From assembly GCA_038145705.1 (NCBI GenBank), contig JAYQQF010000011.1, positions 43,753 to 107,752 on the forward strand: DNA of 64,000 nt. The letters are read 5' to 3'. Under the pieces are notes generated by a model. That model ran no database searches, had not been told where the DNA came from, and saw only the letters and a program-made list of their open reading frames with translations. Shown one piece after another: positions 45,763 to 55,054 of this stretch; positions within the stretch are counted from its first letter, which is position 1, and each line of letters starts with the position of its first letter. Source of the DNA: Alphaproteobacteria bacterium (GTDB taxonomy: Bacteria > Pseudomonadota > Alphaproteobacteria > SMXQ01). Both the position numbers and the translations under genes were made by a program.

Positions 45763-46584
45763 ATGCCCGATTCAGACCGCGCACCGCGTTTCGTCGAGGC
45801 CGATATGGCCTATATCGTCGAAGGCGAGGAAAAGCCGGAATCGCGCAGCTTCGGCGACGCCAGTTCCCTGCACACCCATACCGGCACCTACGAACAGCAC
45901 CGGGTGCGCATCGAAAACGGCCGCGGCATGGAGTTCGTGCTCGATCGCGAGGGTTTTCGCCTCGCGTCCCATCCCACGCAAATGCGCGACTTCTATGACG
46001 AAGACGAAGTCCGCGGCGTTTATTTCGGCGAACTCGAAGACCTGGTGAAGCGCGAAACGGGATGCGCGCGCGTTCACATCTTCGACCACACGCGACGCGC
46101 CGGCGACGAGGAAACCCGCGAAGCGCGCAAGGTCAAAGGCCCCGTGCGCCACGTGCACAACGACTACACCGAATGGTCGGGCCCCCAGCGCGTGCGCGAT
46201 CTTCTGCCCGCAGAGGCCGATGAATTGCTGAAGCATCGTTTCCAGGTCGTGCAGGTCTGGCGCGCCGTGCGCGGGCCGATCCTGTCGTCGCCGCTTGGCA
46301 TCTGCGATGCGCGCTCGATCGCGCCACGCGACCTGATCGCCACAGCGCGGGTCTATCCCAACCGGCGCGGCGAGATCTACCACGTCGCCTACAACCCCGC
46401 GCACAAGTGGTTTTATTTTCCGGAAATGACGCGCGACGAGGCGCTGGTCTTCAAGTGCTACGATTCGCGCAACGACGTGGCGCGCTTCACCATCCATTCG
46501 GCCTTCGCCGATCCGACGACGCCCGCGGGCGCGCCGCCGCGCGAAAGCATGGAAGCGCGGCTGCTCTGCTTCTTCGACGACTGA
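45763..46584 (+). CDS. hypothetical protein, possibly CmcJ/NvfI-family oxidoreductase
   Basis: ORF 45637..46584 trimmed to ATG 45763 (SD GGGAGG): MPDSDRAPRFVEADMAYIVEGEEKPE...; RVHIFDHTRR and VRHVHNDYT His-rich motifs; family from recall only. Confidence 0.45.
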   Translation: MPDSDRAPRFVEADMAYIVEGEEKPESRSFGDASSLHTHTGTYEQHRVRIENGRGMEFVLDREGFRLASHPTQMRDFYDEDEVRGVYFGELEDLVKRETGCARVHIFDHTRRAGDEETREARKVKGPVRHVHNDYTEWSGPQRVRDLLPAEADELLKHRFQVVQVWRAVRGPILSSPLGICDARSIAPRDLIATARVYPNRRGEIYHVAYNPAHKWFYFPEMTRDEALVFKCYDSRNDVARFTIHSAFADPTTPAGAPPRESMEARLLCFFDD

Positions 46585-46593
46585 AGCGCCGCG

Positions 46594-47733
46594 CTATTCG
46601 GCGGCGGCCTTGTAGGTGCAGAACGGGTGGTATCCCCCCATCCTGCAATCGGCCCCGGCGGTCTTGAGGGATTTTTCGAACTCTTTGTGAATATTGGGAT
46701 TTTCGTCGACGAACTCGATCTGGCTGCCGCCTTCCTTGATGCTGGTGAAGGTCTCGTTGCGCCGCTTGGCCGATTTCATGAAACGGAAGCGCCAGTTGTT
46801 CCAGCGCAGCGCCAGGTAACGCGCGGGCTTCGCACCCGAATTGAAATGCTGGTGGAACCACTGGTCGGGCGGCACCACGACGCTGCCCGGGCCCCAGTCG
46901 ACCCGGCGAGGCTCTTCGCCGTCGCGCCACAGGATCGAGTAGCCCTGGCCCGACACGATGATGACATGGGCGCCCGGGCCATGACGGTGGCCCTTCTTGT
47001 AGGTGCCGACCGGGAATTCCGAGATATGCGCGCCCATCGTGTTGCCGGCGAGATCGAACTTCATGTTCGTCGACCCCTTGCCGCGCTCGGAGTAATCAGC
47101 GAGATGCAGGGTCTTGAGATCCGGCACGAAGTTGGTCGTCATGAAGAAGCGGCCGAAGATTTCCTGCTTGCCGAAATATTCGTCCTCATTCGCGTTGAAG
47201 CGGTCCTTGAAGACGTAATCGCTGTTGAAGATGAAATCGGGGCTGTGAAACAGGTTCATCACGAAACAGCAATTCGTCACCGCGTAATAGCGCACGACGT
47301 CGCTGCCCGACGAATTGAAGTGCTGGTAGTTGGCGTTGATGGGGATGGAGAACAGGCTGCCCGGCCCCCATTCGAACGTATGCTTGCGCCCGTCGCGCTG
47401 CCAAACCGTGGTCGCCCCCTGCCCCTTGGTGACGTAGACGGTTTCCTCATAGAGGTGCTTCTGAGGCTTCGTCTTGCCGCCCGCCGGAATTTCGCAGATG
47501 TAGGCGTCGTTGGTGTCGCCCGCCCCGTCGAGGATGACGAAGGCCGCGGGAACGCCCTTGAGGTCCCAGTGGCCGAGTTCGACCGCGTTGATGTCCTTGA
47601 TGAAGAAATCGGTGATGACGGGAATGCCCTGGGCATTGCGCCATTCAAGGAACGTGTCGATGGGCAGCGGCTGCCAATCCTTGTCCTTGGGGTCGGCGCC
47701 CTTGGCGGCCTTCGGGAAGGGAAGCTGCGACAT
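46594..47733 (-). CDS. bicupin dioxygenase-like protein (gentisate 1,2-dioxygenase-like)
   Basis: ORF 46594..48180 trimmed to MSQLPFPKAAKGADPKDKDW (SD GGAGGA); two cupin halves, GHRHGPGAHVIIVSGQG metal motif. Confidence 0.6.
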   Translation of the reverse strand: MSQLPFPKAAKGADPKDKDWQPLPIDTFLEWRNAQGIPVITDFFIKDINAVELGHWDLKGVPAAFVILDGAGDTNDAYICEIPAGGKTKPQKHLYEETVYVTKGQGATTVWQRDGRKHTFEWGPGSLFSIPINANYQHFNSSGSDVVRYYAVTNCCFVMNLFHSPDFIFNSDYVFKDRFNANEDEYFGKQEIFGRFFMTTNFVPDLKTLHLADYSERGKGSTNMKFDLAGNTMGAHISEFPVGTYKKGHRHGPGAHVIIVSGQGYSILWRDGEEPRRVDWGPGSVVVPPDQWFHQHFNSGAKPARYLALRWNNWRFRFMKSAKRRNETFTSIKEGGSQIEFVDENPNIHKEFEKSLKTAGADCRMGGYHPFCTYKAAAE

Positions 47734-47848
47734 GGTCCTGTATCCTCCGGTTTCCGGCACAAAGAAGTGAAATCCTAGTCCCGCTTCGGCCGCACGATAA
47801 GCGCGCCCGCGCGCAAAACAGACTTGCCCAAAGTTCGGGGCCTGAAAT

Positions 47849-49543
47849 TCAGGCCTTGTGGCCGTAATCGCGCGCGGCCGCCGCGGCTGAGACATAGCCG
47901 CGGGCAACGTCGCGGGCGATGGCGTCGCGCGACCGTTCGGCCGGGTCGCCCCAACCGCCGCCGCCGCCCGTCTCCAGAACGACACGGTCACCGGCCTCAA
48001 GACGATAACCCTTGGCCTTGCAGACCGTCTCGGGTGCGCCGCCCGCCTTGCGATAGACCGTGACGCAACCGGGCAGCGCATCCTTGCCGCCGGCGACGCC
48101 CCAGGGCGCGAACTTGGTGCGATCGAGGTTGGTCTGCAGCAGGCAGGGCGAAATGATGTCATAGACCTTGCGGAAGCCAAGCCCGCCGCGATAGCGCCCG
48201 GCCCCCGCCGAATCCTGGCGCAGGGTAAACTCGCGGATGCGGATGGGCAGGATCGTTTCCTGCAGTTCCAGCGGGATCAGACGCGTATCGCCATGGGCCA
48301 TGGTGCGGAACGGCCCGGCACCGTCGCCGAAGGCCGATGCGCCCCAGCCGCCGTGGCCGCTGTCGTGACCGTTGAAGGGCCTGCCGTCGGGCCATTTGCC
48401 GTAAAGGCGGAAGCCCGAATGGGTGGCGAAATGGCCGCCGGTGGCGAGCTCCGGCACCGCCTTGCCGAGCGCGCGGATCACCGTGTCGATCACGGTCGGG
48501 AACGGCATCGAGTAATTGCCCATCGGCGCCGTCGCATCGGCGCTGAGGATGGTGCCCTCGGGCAGCACCAGCCTGAGCGGGCGGAAGATGCCTTCGTTCG
48601 CCGGCTCGTTCGGCATGATCAGGTACTTGAAGGCGACGCGCGCCGTCGTCACGCCGCCGCCGAAATAGCCCGAATTGACGCAGCCCTTCTGCTGGGGTGC
48701 GAGGCCCGAGTAATCCACCGTCACCTCGTCGCCCGCGATCACCACCCTGACGCGGACCGGGATCGGCGTATCGTTGTCGCCGTCGTTGTCGAGGAAGGTT
48801 TCGGCCTCGTAGGTGCCGTCGGGAAGCTCGCGGATGCGGGCGCGGGCCGCCGCCTCGCCCTGGTCGAGGATTGTCTCGACCGCGCCGAAGAAGGTCGACA
48901 AGCCGTAGCGGTCGGCGAGCGCCGCGACATGATCGCGCCCCAAAATGCAGCCCGCGAGCTGGGATTCGATGTCGCCCAACAGGTCCACGGGAAAGCGCGT
49001 GTTGCTTTCGATGATGCGATAGACCTCTTCGATCGGCTCGCCCTTCGACCACAGCTTGATGCTGCGCAGCTGCAGGCCTTCCTCGAAAATGTCCGAAGAC
49101 CGCGGTGTCGAGCCGCCGATGTCGATCCAGTGCACGTTGATGGCGAAGAACCCGATCAGCGTGGCGCGCTCGGGCCCCGCATAGATCGGCGTGTACATCA
49201 CCGTGTTGTTGAGGTGCTGGCCCTGCACCGCGGCATGGTTGCACACGATGACGTCGCCATGGTGCAGGCGGTCGCGCCCATAGACCTTGAGGCCGTCGCG
49301 CACCGCCGTACCGACCGAATCGGCGACGAAGGGCGGCATGCCGCCCTTGCATTGGGCCATCAGGTTGCCGTCGGCGGTGACGATGCCGACGGCGAAGTCC
49401 TTGTATTCGTAGATATAGGGGCTGAAGGCCGTGCGCGTGATATTGGCGTCGATCTGGTCGGTGATCGAGATCAGGCCATGACGGATGACCTCAAGGGTGA
49501 TCGGATCGATGCCGGTCCCGGGCTTGTCTTTCGTCGCGTCCAT
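47849..49543 (-). CDS. hyuB: hydantoinase B/oxoprolinase family protein (HyuB)
   Basis: ORF 47849..49612 trimmed to MDATKDKPGTGIDPITLEVIRHGL...; HyuB family conserved blocks. Confidence 0.85.
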   Translation of the reverse strand: MDATKDKPGTGIDPITLEVIRHGLISITDQIDANITRTAFSPYIYEYKDFAVGIVTADGNLMAQCKGGMPPFVADSVGTAVRDGLKVYGRDRLHHGDVIVCNHAAVQGQHLNNTVMYTPIYAGPERATLIGFFAINVHWIDIGGSTPRSSDIFEEGLQLRSIKLWSKGEPIEEVYRIIESNTRFPVDLLGDIESQLAGCILGRDHVAALADRYGLSTFFGAVETILDQGEAAARARIRELPDGTYEAETFLDNDGDNDTPIPVRVRVVIAGDEVTVDYSGLAPQQKGCVNSGYFGGGVTTARVAFKYLIMPNEPANEGIFRPLRLVLPEGTILSADATAPMGNYSMPFPTVIDTVIRALGKAVPELATGGHFATHSGFRLYGKWPDGRPFNGHDSGHGGWGASAFGDGAGPFRTMAHGDTRLIPLELQETILPIRIREFTLRQDSAGAGRYRGGLGFRKVYDIISPCLLQTNLDRTKFAPWGVAGGKDALPGCVTVYRKAGGAPETVCKAKGYRLEAGDRVVLETGGGGGWGDPAERSRDAIARDVARGYVSAAAAARDYGHKA

Positions 49544-49553
49544 CGGCTTCCCC

Positions 49554-51605
49554 CTATTTCGCCCCGCACCGGATGCGGATTTCGCGCATCTTGCCCACCT
49601 CGAAACTGTCACCGGGTGCGACGATGGTGGTCGAGCCGTATTCCTCGATCACCGCCGGGCCTTCGGCCGCGAACCCTGCCGGCAGGCTGTCGCGCTCATA
49701 GACGCGCGTCTCGACCATGCCGCCCGCAGCGCCGAAATAGACGGGCCGTCTCGCCTGCGGGCCCGCGGCCACCGCCCTGCGCGGCAGGCGGGCGGTATCG
49801 GGGCGCTGGCGGCGCGCGAAGGCCGACAGGTGCAGGGCCTGGAACTCGGCTTGCGCCTTGTCGTCGGCATGGCCGTAGCGGCGCTTGTAGTCGTGCTGGA
49901 AGGCGGCGCGGATGGCGGCGACATCGGCAAGCCCCGTCACCGGCACCTTGATGTTGTGGCGCTGGCCGCGATAGCGCATTTCGGCGTGATGCTCGAAGCT
50001 GATATCGGTGGTGCCGAACTCGGCGGCGAGCGCCGCGGCTGCTTCCTTTTCCATCTCCTCGAAGCGGCCGCGGATCGCGGCGACGGTATCGGGGCCAAGC
50101 ACGCCCGTGAAAGTCACCGAGGTATCGAGGCGGGCATCGGCCAGCAGCATGCCGATGGCGGAGAAGTTGCCGGGTTCCGGCGGGATGATCACGGTCGGAA
50201 TGGACAGTTCGCGCGCCAGTGCGGACGCGTGCAGCGGCCCGCCGCCGCCATAGGCGAAGAGCGCGAAGTCGCGCGGATCGAGGCCGTGCTCGACGGAGAC
50301 GCGCCGTATCGCGCCGGCCATGATGACCGTGGCGATAGACAGGATTCCCTCGGCCATGCGGATGAGGCCGTCCTCACCATCAAAGCCGAGCGGGCCGGCG
50401 ATCTTCCCGGCGATGGCGCGCCGCGCCGCTTCGGTGTCGAGGCCGAGCTCGCCGCCCAGAAAATGCGAAGGATTGAGGCGGCCCAATACAAGATTCGCAT
50501 CGGTCACGGTCGGCGCCTCGCCGCCGCGCCCGTAGCAGACGGGACCCGGCGTCGAGCCTGCGCTTTCCGGGCCGACATGCAGGCGCTTCTGGTCGTCGAG
50601 CCAGGCGATGGAGCCGCCGCCCGAGCCCACTTCGACGATGTCGATGACCGGCGACTTGATCGGGAAGCCCTTGATGTAGCCGTTGGCGTAATAGACCGAT
50701 TCGACCGAGAAGCGGCCGTTTTCCACCAGCGCGCACTTGGCCGTGGTACCGCCCATGTCGAAGGCGACGACGTTGTCGATACCGAGCGCCTCGGCATAGG
50801 CGCCGGCGCCGATGCAGCCGCCGATCGGCCCCGATTCGACCAGCGCGATGGGCTGGCGGCAGGTGCGCTCCACCGACAGGAGGCCGCCGTTCGATCCCAT
50901 CATGAACAGCGAGCCGTCGAAACCCTTGTCCTGCATTTCGGCCTCGAGGCGGCGAATGTAGGTATTCACCTGCGGGCCGACATAGGCGTTGGCGGCGACG
51001 GTGGCGCAGCGCTCGTATTCGTACCATTCCCGCGTCAGTTCCGTCGAAACGGTGACGTAAGCTTCGGGCAGCAGGCGGCGCAGGATTTCGGCGGCGCGGT
51101 CTTCGTGGGCAGGATTGAGGTAGGAGTTCATGAAGAAGATGCCGACCGCTTCGACCCCCAGGCCGCGCAGTTCCCCGGCCAGCTTTTCGAGCGCCCCTTC
51201 GTCGAGCGGCGTGATCACCTGGTTTCCGGCGTCGATGCGCTCGGCGACCTCGAGGCGCAGGTCGCGGGGGATCAGCGCCTCATCGCGCTGGTAGTAGAGG
51301 TCGAAGGGATCGGGCCGGTTGCCGCGCGCGATTTCGAGCACGTCGCGAAAGCCCTCGGTCGTCACCAGCGCCGTCCTGGCGCCCTTGCGCTGAATCAGCG
51401 AATTGATGACCAGCGTCGTGCCGTGGTTGAGGAACGTCGCCGAAGCAGGCGCCACTTTCGCCTTGGCGAAACAGTCGAGAATGCCGTCGACGAAATTGCC
51501 GTAGGTCGTCGGGCTCTTGGTATAGAGGACGCTCTGGCGTTCGTGATCGAAAGCGACAAGATCGGTAAAGGTTCCGCCGATATCGACGGCAACGACGTAA
51601 GCCAT
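49554..51605 (-). CDS. hyuA: hydantoinase A/oxoprolinase family ATP-dependent protein (HyuA)
   Basis: 683 aa; MAYVVAVDIGGTFTDLVAF ATPase (ASKHA) N-terminus. Confidence 0.9.
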   Translation of the reverse strand: MAYVVAVDIGGTFTDLVAFDHERQSVLYTKSPTTYGNFVDGILDCFAKAKVAPASATFLNHGTTLVINSLIQRKGARTALVTTEGFRDVLEIARGNRPDPFDLYYQRDEALIPRDLRLEVAERIDAGNQVITPLDEGALEKLAGELRGLGVEAVGIFFMNSYLNPAHEDRAAEILRRLLPEAYVTVSTELTREWYEYERCATVAANAYVGPQVNTYIRRLEAEMQDKGFDGSLFMMGSNGGLLSVERTCRQPIALVESGPIGGCIGAGAYAEALGIDNVVAFDMGGTTAKCALVENGRFSVESVYYANGYIKGFPIKSPVIDIVEVGSGGGSIAWLDDQKRLHVGPESAGSTPGPVCYGRGGEAPTVTDANLVLGRLNPSHFLGGELGLDTEAARRAIAGKIAGPLGFDGEDGLIRMAEGILSIATVIMAGAIRRVSVEHGLDPRDFALFAYGGGGPLHASALARELSIPTVIIPPEPGNFSAIGMLLADARLDTSVTFTGVLGPDTVAAIRGRFEEMEKEAAAALAAEFGTTDISFEHHAEMRYRGQRHNIKVPVTGLADVAAIRAAFQHDYKRRYGHADDKAQAEFQALHLSAFARRQRPDTARLPRRAVAAGPQARRPVYFGAAGGMVETRVYERDSLPAGFAAEGPAVIEEYGSTTIVAPGDSFEVGKMREIRIRCGAK

Positions 51606-51648
51606 CCCCTGCTCCGGCTGAGGCGTTAAGTACTGCAGGACGCAGGTA

Positions 51649-52815
51649 TCATTGCGCCTTTTTCTTCTTCTTCGGTCCCGGGCCGCCCGCGGCCAGCCAG
51701 TACTTGTTCCATTCCTCGATCACGCGCTTCGACAGCTCCTCGGCATTGTCGTCCAGCACGGCGATCTTCTTGCCGGCGACGGCTTCGGGATAGAACAGGA
51801 ATTCCTTGCGCAGCAGCTCTTTGTGCGACGGGGGCGAATAGTTGCCCCAGTACTGGGCGATCTGGCCTTCCTTGGACAGGAACCAGTTGACGAAGACCTT
51901 GGCGGCGTTGGTATGCGGGCTGTTCTTGACGATCGCCATGTCGGAAATCGTGTAGGGCACGGGTTCCGGACAATGGAAGGCGACGGGGGCGCCCTTCTGC
52001 GCTTCCGGCCCGACGCGCATCATGGCCGACGGCACCGCCGCGCTGGCCTCGCCGAGCGAAACAAGGTTGATGCCGGCGTTCAGGCCTTCCTTGCGCAACT
52101 GCGGCGACAGTTTGCCGAACAGGTCGCGCGTGTAGGCCTTGCCCCAGTCGTCACCCTTCGCCGTCCAGACGTTCAGCAGCCACAGGTTGGCGCGGTTGAG
52201 CAGCGCCAGGTTCTTGTCGGCGAATTTCGGATTCGTCAACAGGTCGTCCCAGGTTTTGGGCAGGTCCGCCTTGCTGATCTTCTTGGTGTTGTAGGACATG
52301 CACCAGTAGCGCGAGCGCACGGCGACGGCGATGTGGTCCTTCTGGCGCACCTCGGCCGGGAAGTTGGCATAGCCGGGCAGGTCATCGAGCGGAATCAGGG
52401 CGCCCGCCTCGCGGAATTTGTAGACGCTGCCCGACATGTCCATGATCACGTCGGCGATCACGCGGCCTTGGGTGAAGGCGGCGAGCGGGCGCACCCAGCG
52501 GCGCTCGGCCGTGTTGACTTCCTCGTGGCGGAAATTGATGCCGGGATACCGTTCCTTCAGGACACCGGCGATTTTGGCCCAGGCCTTCGGCCGGGTAGAG
52601 GTGTAGATCACCACCTCCTTTTCCTTCCTGGCGGCATCGAGCCAGGCCTGCGGCACGGCCAGTTCCTTGTCGAGGCCCGACAGGATCGAGGCGTCGAGCT
52701 TGAGCGCGGCCAGCATCTTCTGCGTCGCCTGCGGCAGTTCCGCCCCCTGGGCAGGCACGGCGAAAGCGGCGGCAGCAAGCACGCAGGCGCGAAGGATCGC
52801 GGATTTTCCGGTCAT
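51649..52815 (-). CDS. orphan ABC transporter periplasmic substrate-binding protein (family 1) with poly-Lys C-terminus
   Basis: MTGKSAILRACVLAAAAFAVPAQGAE signal; homologous to SBPs at 7838/9996; ends GGPGPKKKKKAQ; no permease/ATPase adjacent. Confidence 0.8.
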   Translation of the reverse strand: MTGKSAILRACVLAAAAFAVPAQGAELPQATQKMLAALKLDASILSGLDKELAVPQAWLDAARKEKEVVIYTSTRPKAWAKIAGVLKERYPGINFRHEEVNTAERRWVRPLAAFTQGRVIADVIMDMSGSVYKFREAGALIPLDDLPGYANFPAEVRQKDHIAVAVRSRYWCMSYNTKKISKADLPKTWDDLLTNPKFADKNLALLNRANLWLLNVWTAKGDDWGKAYTRDLFGKLSPQLRKEGLNAGINLVSLGEASAAVPSAMMRVGPEAQKGAPVAFHCPEPVPYTISDMAIVKNSPHTNAAKVFVNWFLSKEGQIAQYWGNYSPPSHKELLRKEFLFYPEAVAGKKIAVLDDNAEELSKRVIEEWNKYWLAAGGPGPKKKKKAQ

Positions 52816-52896
52816 TTCTCTCTCCCCAGTATTATTCCGGCGCTTGCGCCGTTTTGTGCATTTTCGAATATCGCAAAGGGATGCGAAAGCAAAAAT

Positions 52897-53949
52897 TCAA
52901 CCGAGCCCGTAGAGCGCCCGGGCATTGTCCCAGAGAATCTTGCGCACGGACGTCTCCGAAAGGCCCTTCTTGCCCTTGAGGTTACGGATCGCCTCGATCT
53001 CGCTCGAAAAATCGGCATGGCCGTAATCGGTGCCGATCACGAGGTTGTCCTCGCCCGCGACCGAAATCACGTGCTCGAGGTCATCATAGGTCTGGCAGGT
53101 GACGTAGACGCGATTGGCGGCCAGCAGGTTTTCCGGCAGCCGCCTGCCCTGCTTGAGAAAGCGCTGGCGCACGTCGGCAACGAGGAACGGCACCCAGTCG
53201 GCGCTGGCCTCGATGATGCCCCAGCGCAGCCTCGGGAACTTCGCGGGCGTGCCCGCCATCAGCAGAGAATGCAGCGCGCCGATCATCGGCAGCTTGAACT
53301 TGGTGAAGGTCGTGTCGCGCGTGTAGAAGTCATGAACCTGGAAACTGCCGTTCCCCAGATGCACGCAGATGGCGAGGTCGAGCTCCTGCGCCAGTTCGTA
53401 CATGGGATGGAAATAAGGGTCCGACAGCGGCAGTTCGCATTCGAGCGGGCGCATGAACACCGCGCAGGCGCCGTTGTCGCGCGCAAAGCGCAGCTCCTCA
53501 CCCACCCGGTCCATGTCGGAAAGAGGCGGCACGGCAGCCCAGCGCAGGCGGTCGGGCGCCTGCTTCCAGATTTCGGCGAGCCAGCGGTTGTAACTCTTGG
53601 ATAAGGCGTGATCGAGGCGCGGGTTGTTGGCGATCGGGCGCAGCAGCAGGGTCGGAAAAAGAATCTGGATTTCGACGTCGAGCTCGTCCATGTGGCGCAG
53701 GCGGGCAGAAACATCGCGCATTTCGCGCGAGTCCTCGGGCGTATTCGAGCCGAGGTTGCGGTCCCGGTTGTGGACGCGGCCATTGATCACCCAGAACTGC
53801 TGCTGGACGCGGCCCTCGCTGTTGCGGATTTCGCGGCCCGACACGCGCTCGGTGATCATCGGCATCAGGTCGGGCGCCTCGCGCGCGACCGTGTCCCAGG
53901 TGGCCATGGTTTCGATGACATGGGCATCGGCATCTATGGCGCGCATCAC
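52897..53949 (-). CDS. amidohydrolase-2 family protein (ACMSD/LigW/LigI-like metal-dependent hydrolase/decarboxylase)
   Basis: 350 aa; MMRAIDADAHVIE N-terminal HxH metal motif; ...HLGNGS..., DYGHAD C-terminal His/Asp. Confidence 0.75.
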   Translation of the reverse strand: MMRAIDADAHVIETMATWDTVAREAPDLMPMITERVSGREIRNSEGRVQQQFWVINGRVHNRDRNLGSNTPEDSREMRDVSARLRHMDELDVEIQILFPTLLLRPIANNPRLDHALSKSYNRWLAEIWKQAPDRLRWAAVPPLSDMDRVGEELRFARDNGACAVFMRPLECELPLSDPYFHPMYELAQELDLAICVHLGNGSFQVHDFYTRDTTFTKFKLPMIGALHSLLMAGTPAKFPRLRWGIIEASADWVPFLVADVRQRFLKQGRRLPENLLAANRVYVTCQTYDDLEHVISVAGEDNLVIGTDYGHADFSSEIEAIRNLKGKKGLSETSVRKILWDNARALYGLG

Positions 53950-54084
53950 TTCCTCCCCCTGCTTGGCGGCGCCATTCTTCGCGGCGCTCGCCTCCTTTAT
54001 ACGCGCGCCCGGTCCAACCGTGAAGGCGGCCAGAAGCTTTTCGAGCTTGTTCTGCCCGCCCCGGAGGATGACAATGTTTCCACA

Positions 54085-54969
54085 ATGACGTTAACGGCCA
54101 CGCCCCTTCATCCCCTGTTCGCTGCCCGCATTTCCGGGCTCGACATGCATCATGCGACCGATCCGGCGACGCTCGCCGAACTGGTCGCCCTGATGGACCG
54201 CTTTGCCGTCTGCGCCGTCGGCCACGACCGGCCACTCAGCAACGAAGAGCACATCGCCTTCAGCCTGCAGCTCGGCCCCATGGATCGCGGCAAGTCGCCC
54301 AAGATCGCGGGCACCGGCATCCGCATCCCCCATAACGAGATCGTCGACCAGAGCAACATGGACCAGGACGGCGCCATCTATGCCGAAGGCGACCGGCGAC
54401 TTGCCTTCAAGCGCGCCAACCGCCTGTGGCACACGGACATGTCGTTCCGCCAGGTGCGCGCCACCTATTCGCTGCTGTCGGCCCATGTCGTGCCGCCTGA
54501 AGGCGGGGATACCGACTTCATCGACATGCGCGTGGTCTATGACGCGCTGCCCGAAGCGACGAAGGCGCGCCTCGACGGCCTGGTCGCCGAACACAGCTAC
54601 TGGTATTCGCGCAAGCTCGGCGGCGGCCCCGACCCGACCGAGACCGAGCGCGCCTCGCGCCCGCCCGCCCGCCACCCGGTGGTCTATGTCTGCCCGCGCA
54701 CCGGGCGGAAGTCGCTCTATATCGCTTCGCACGTCTCGGGCATCGTCGGCTGGCCCGCAGACGAAGCACGCTCGCTGATCGACGAGCTGATGGCCTTCGC
54801 AACGCAGCCCGAATATGTCTACAGCCACAAGTGGCGCGCGGGCGACGTGGTGATCTGGGACAACCTGATCACGCTGCACCGCGCAACACCCTTCGACGAC
54901 ACGCGCTACCGCCGCGACATGCGTCGGGCCACCTGCCGCGAGGCCCCGGTCCATTCGGTTCCCGCCTGA
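54085..54969 (+). CDS. TauD/TfdA-family Fe(II)/2-oxoglutarate-dependent dioxygenase (TfdA-like)
   Basis: ORF 53608..54969 trimmed to MTLTATPLHPLFAARISGLDMHHA...; LWHTDMSF (HxD), HRATPFDD. Confidence 0.75.
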   Translation: MTLTATPLHPLFAARISGLDMHHATDPATLAELVALMDRFAVCAVGHDRPLSNEEHIAFSLQLGPMDRGKSPKIAGTGIRIPHNEIVDQSNMDQDGAIYAEGDRRLAFKRANRLWHTDMSFRQVRATYSLLSAHVVPPEGGDTDFIDMRVVYDALPEATKARLDGLVAEHSYWYSRKLGGGPDPTETERASRPPARHPVVYVCPRTGRKSLYIASHVSGIVGWPADEARSLIDELMAFATQPEYVYSHKWRAGDVVIWDNLITLHRATPFDDTRYRRDMRRATCREAPVHSVPA

Positions 54970-55054
54970 TCCCGCAATGTTGATGGACGCGGGTAGGCGC
55001 CGCGCCTAATCTTCCCGTTACCGCCGGCAACAAGGCGGATCGGAGGAGACGTTC

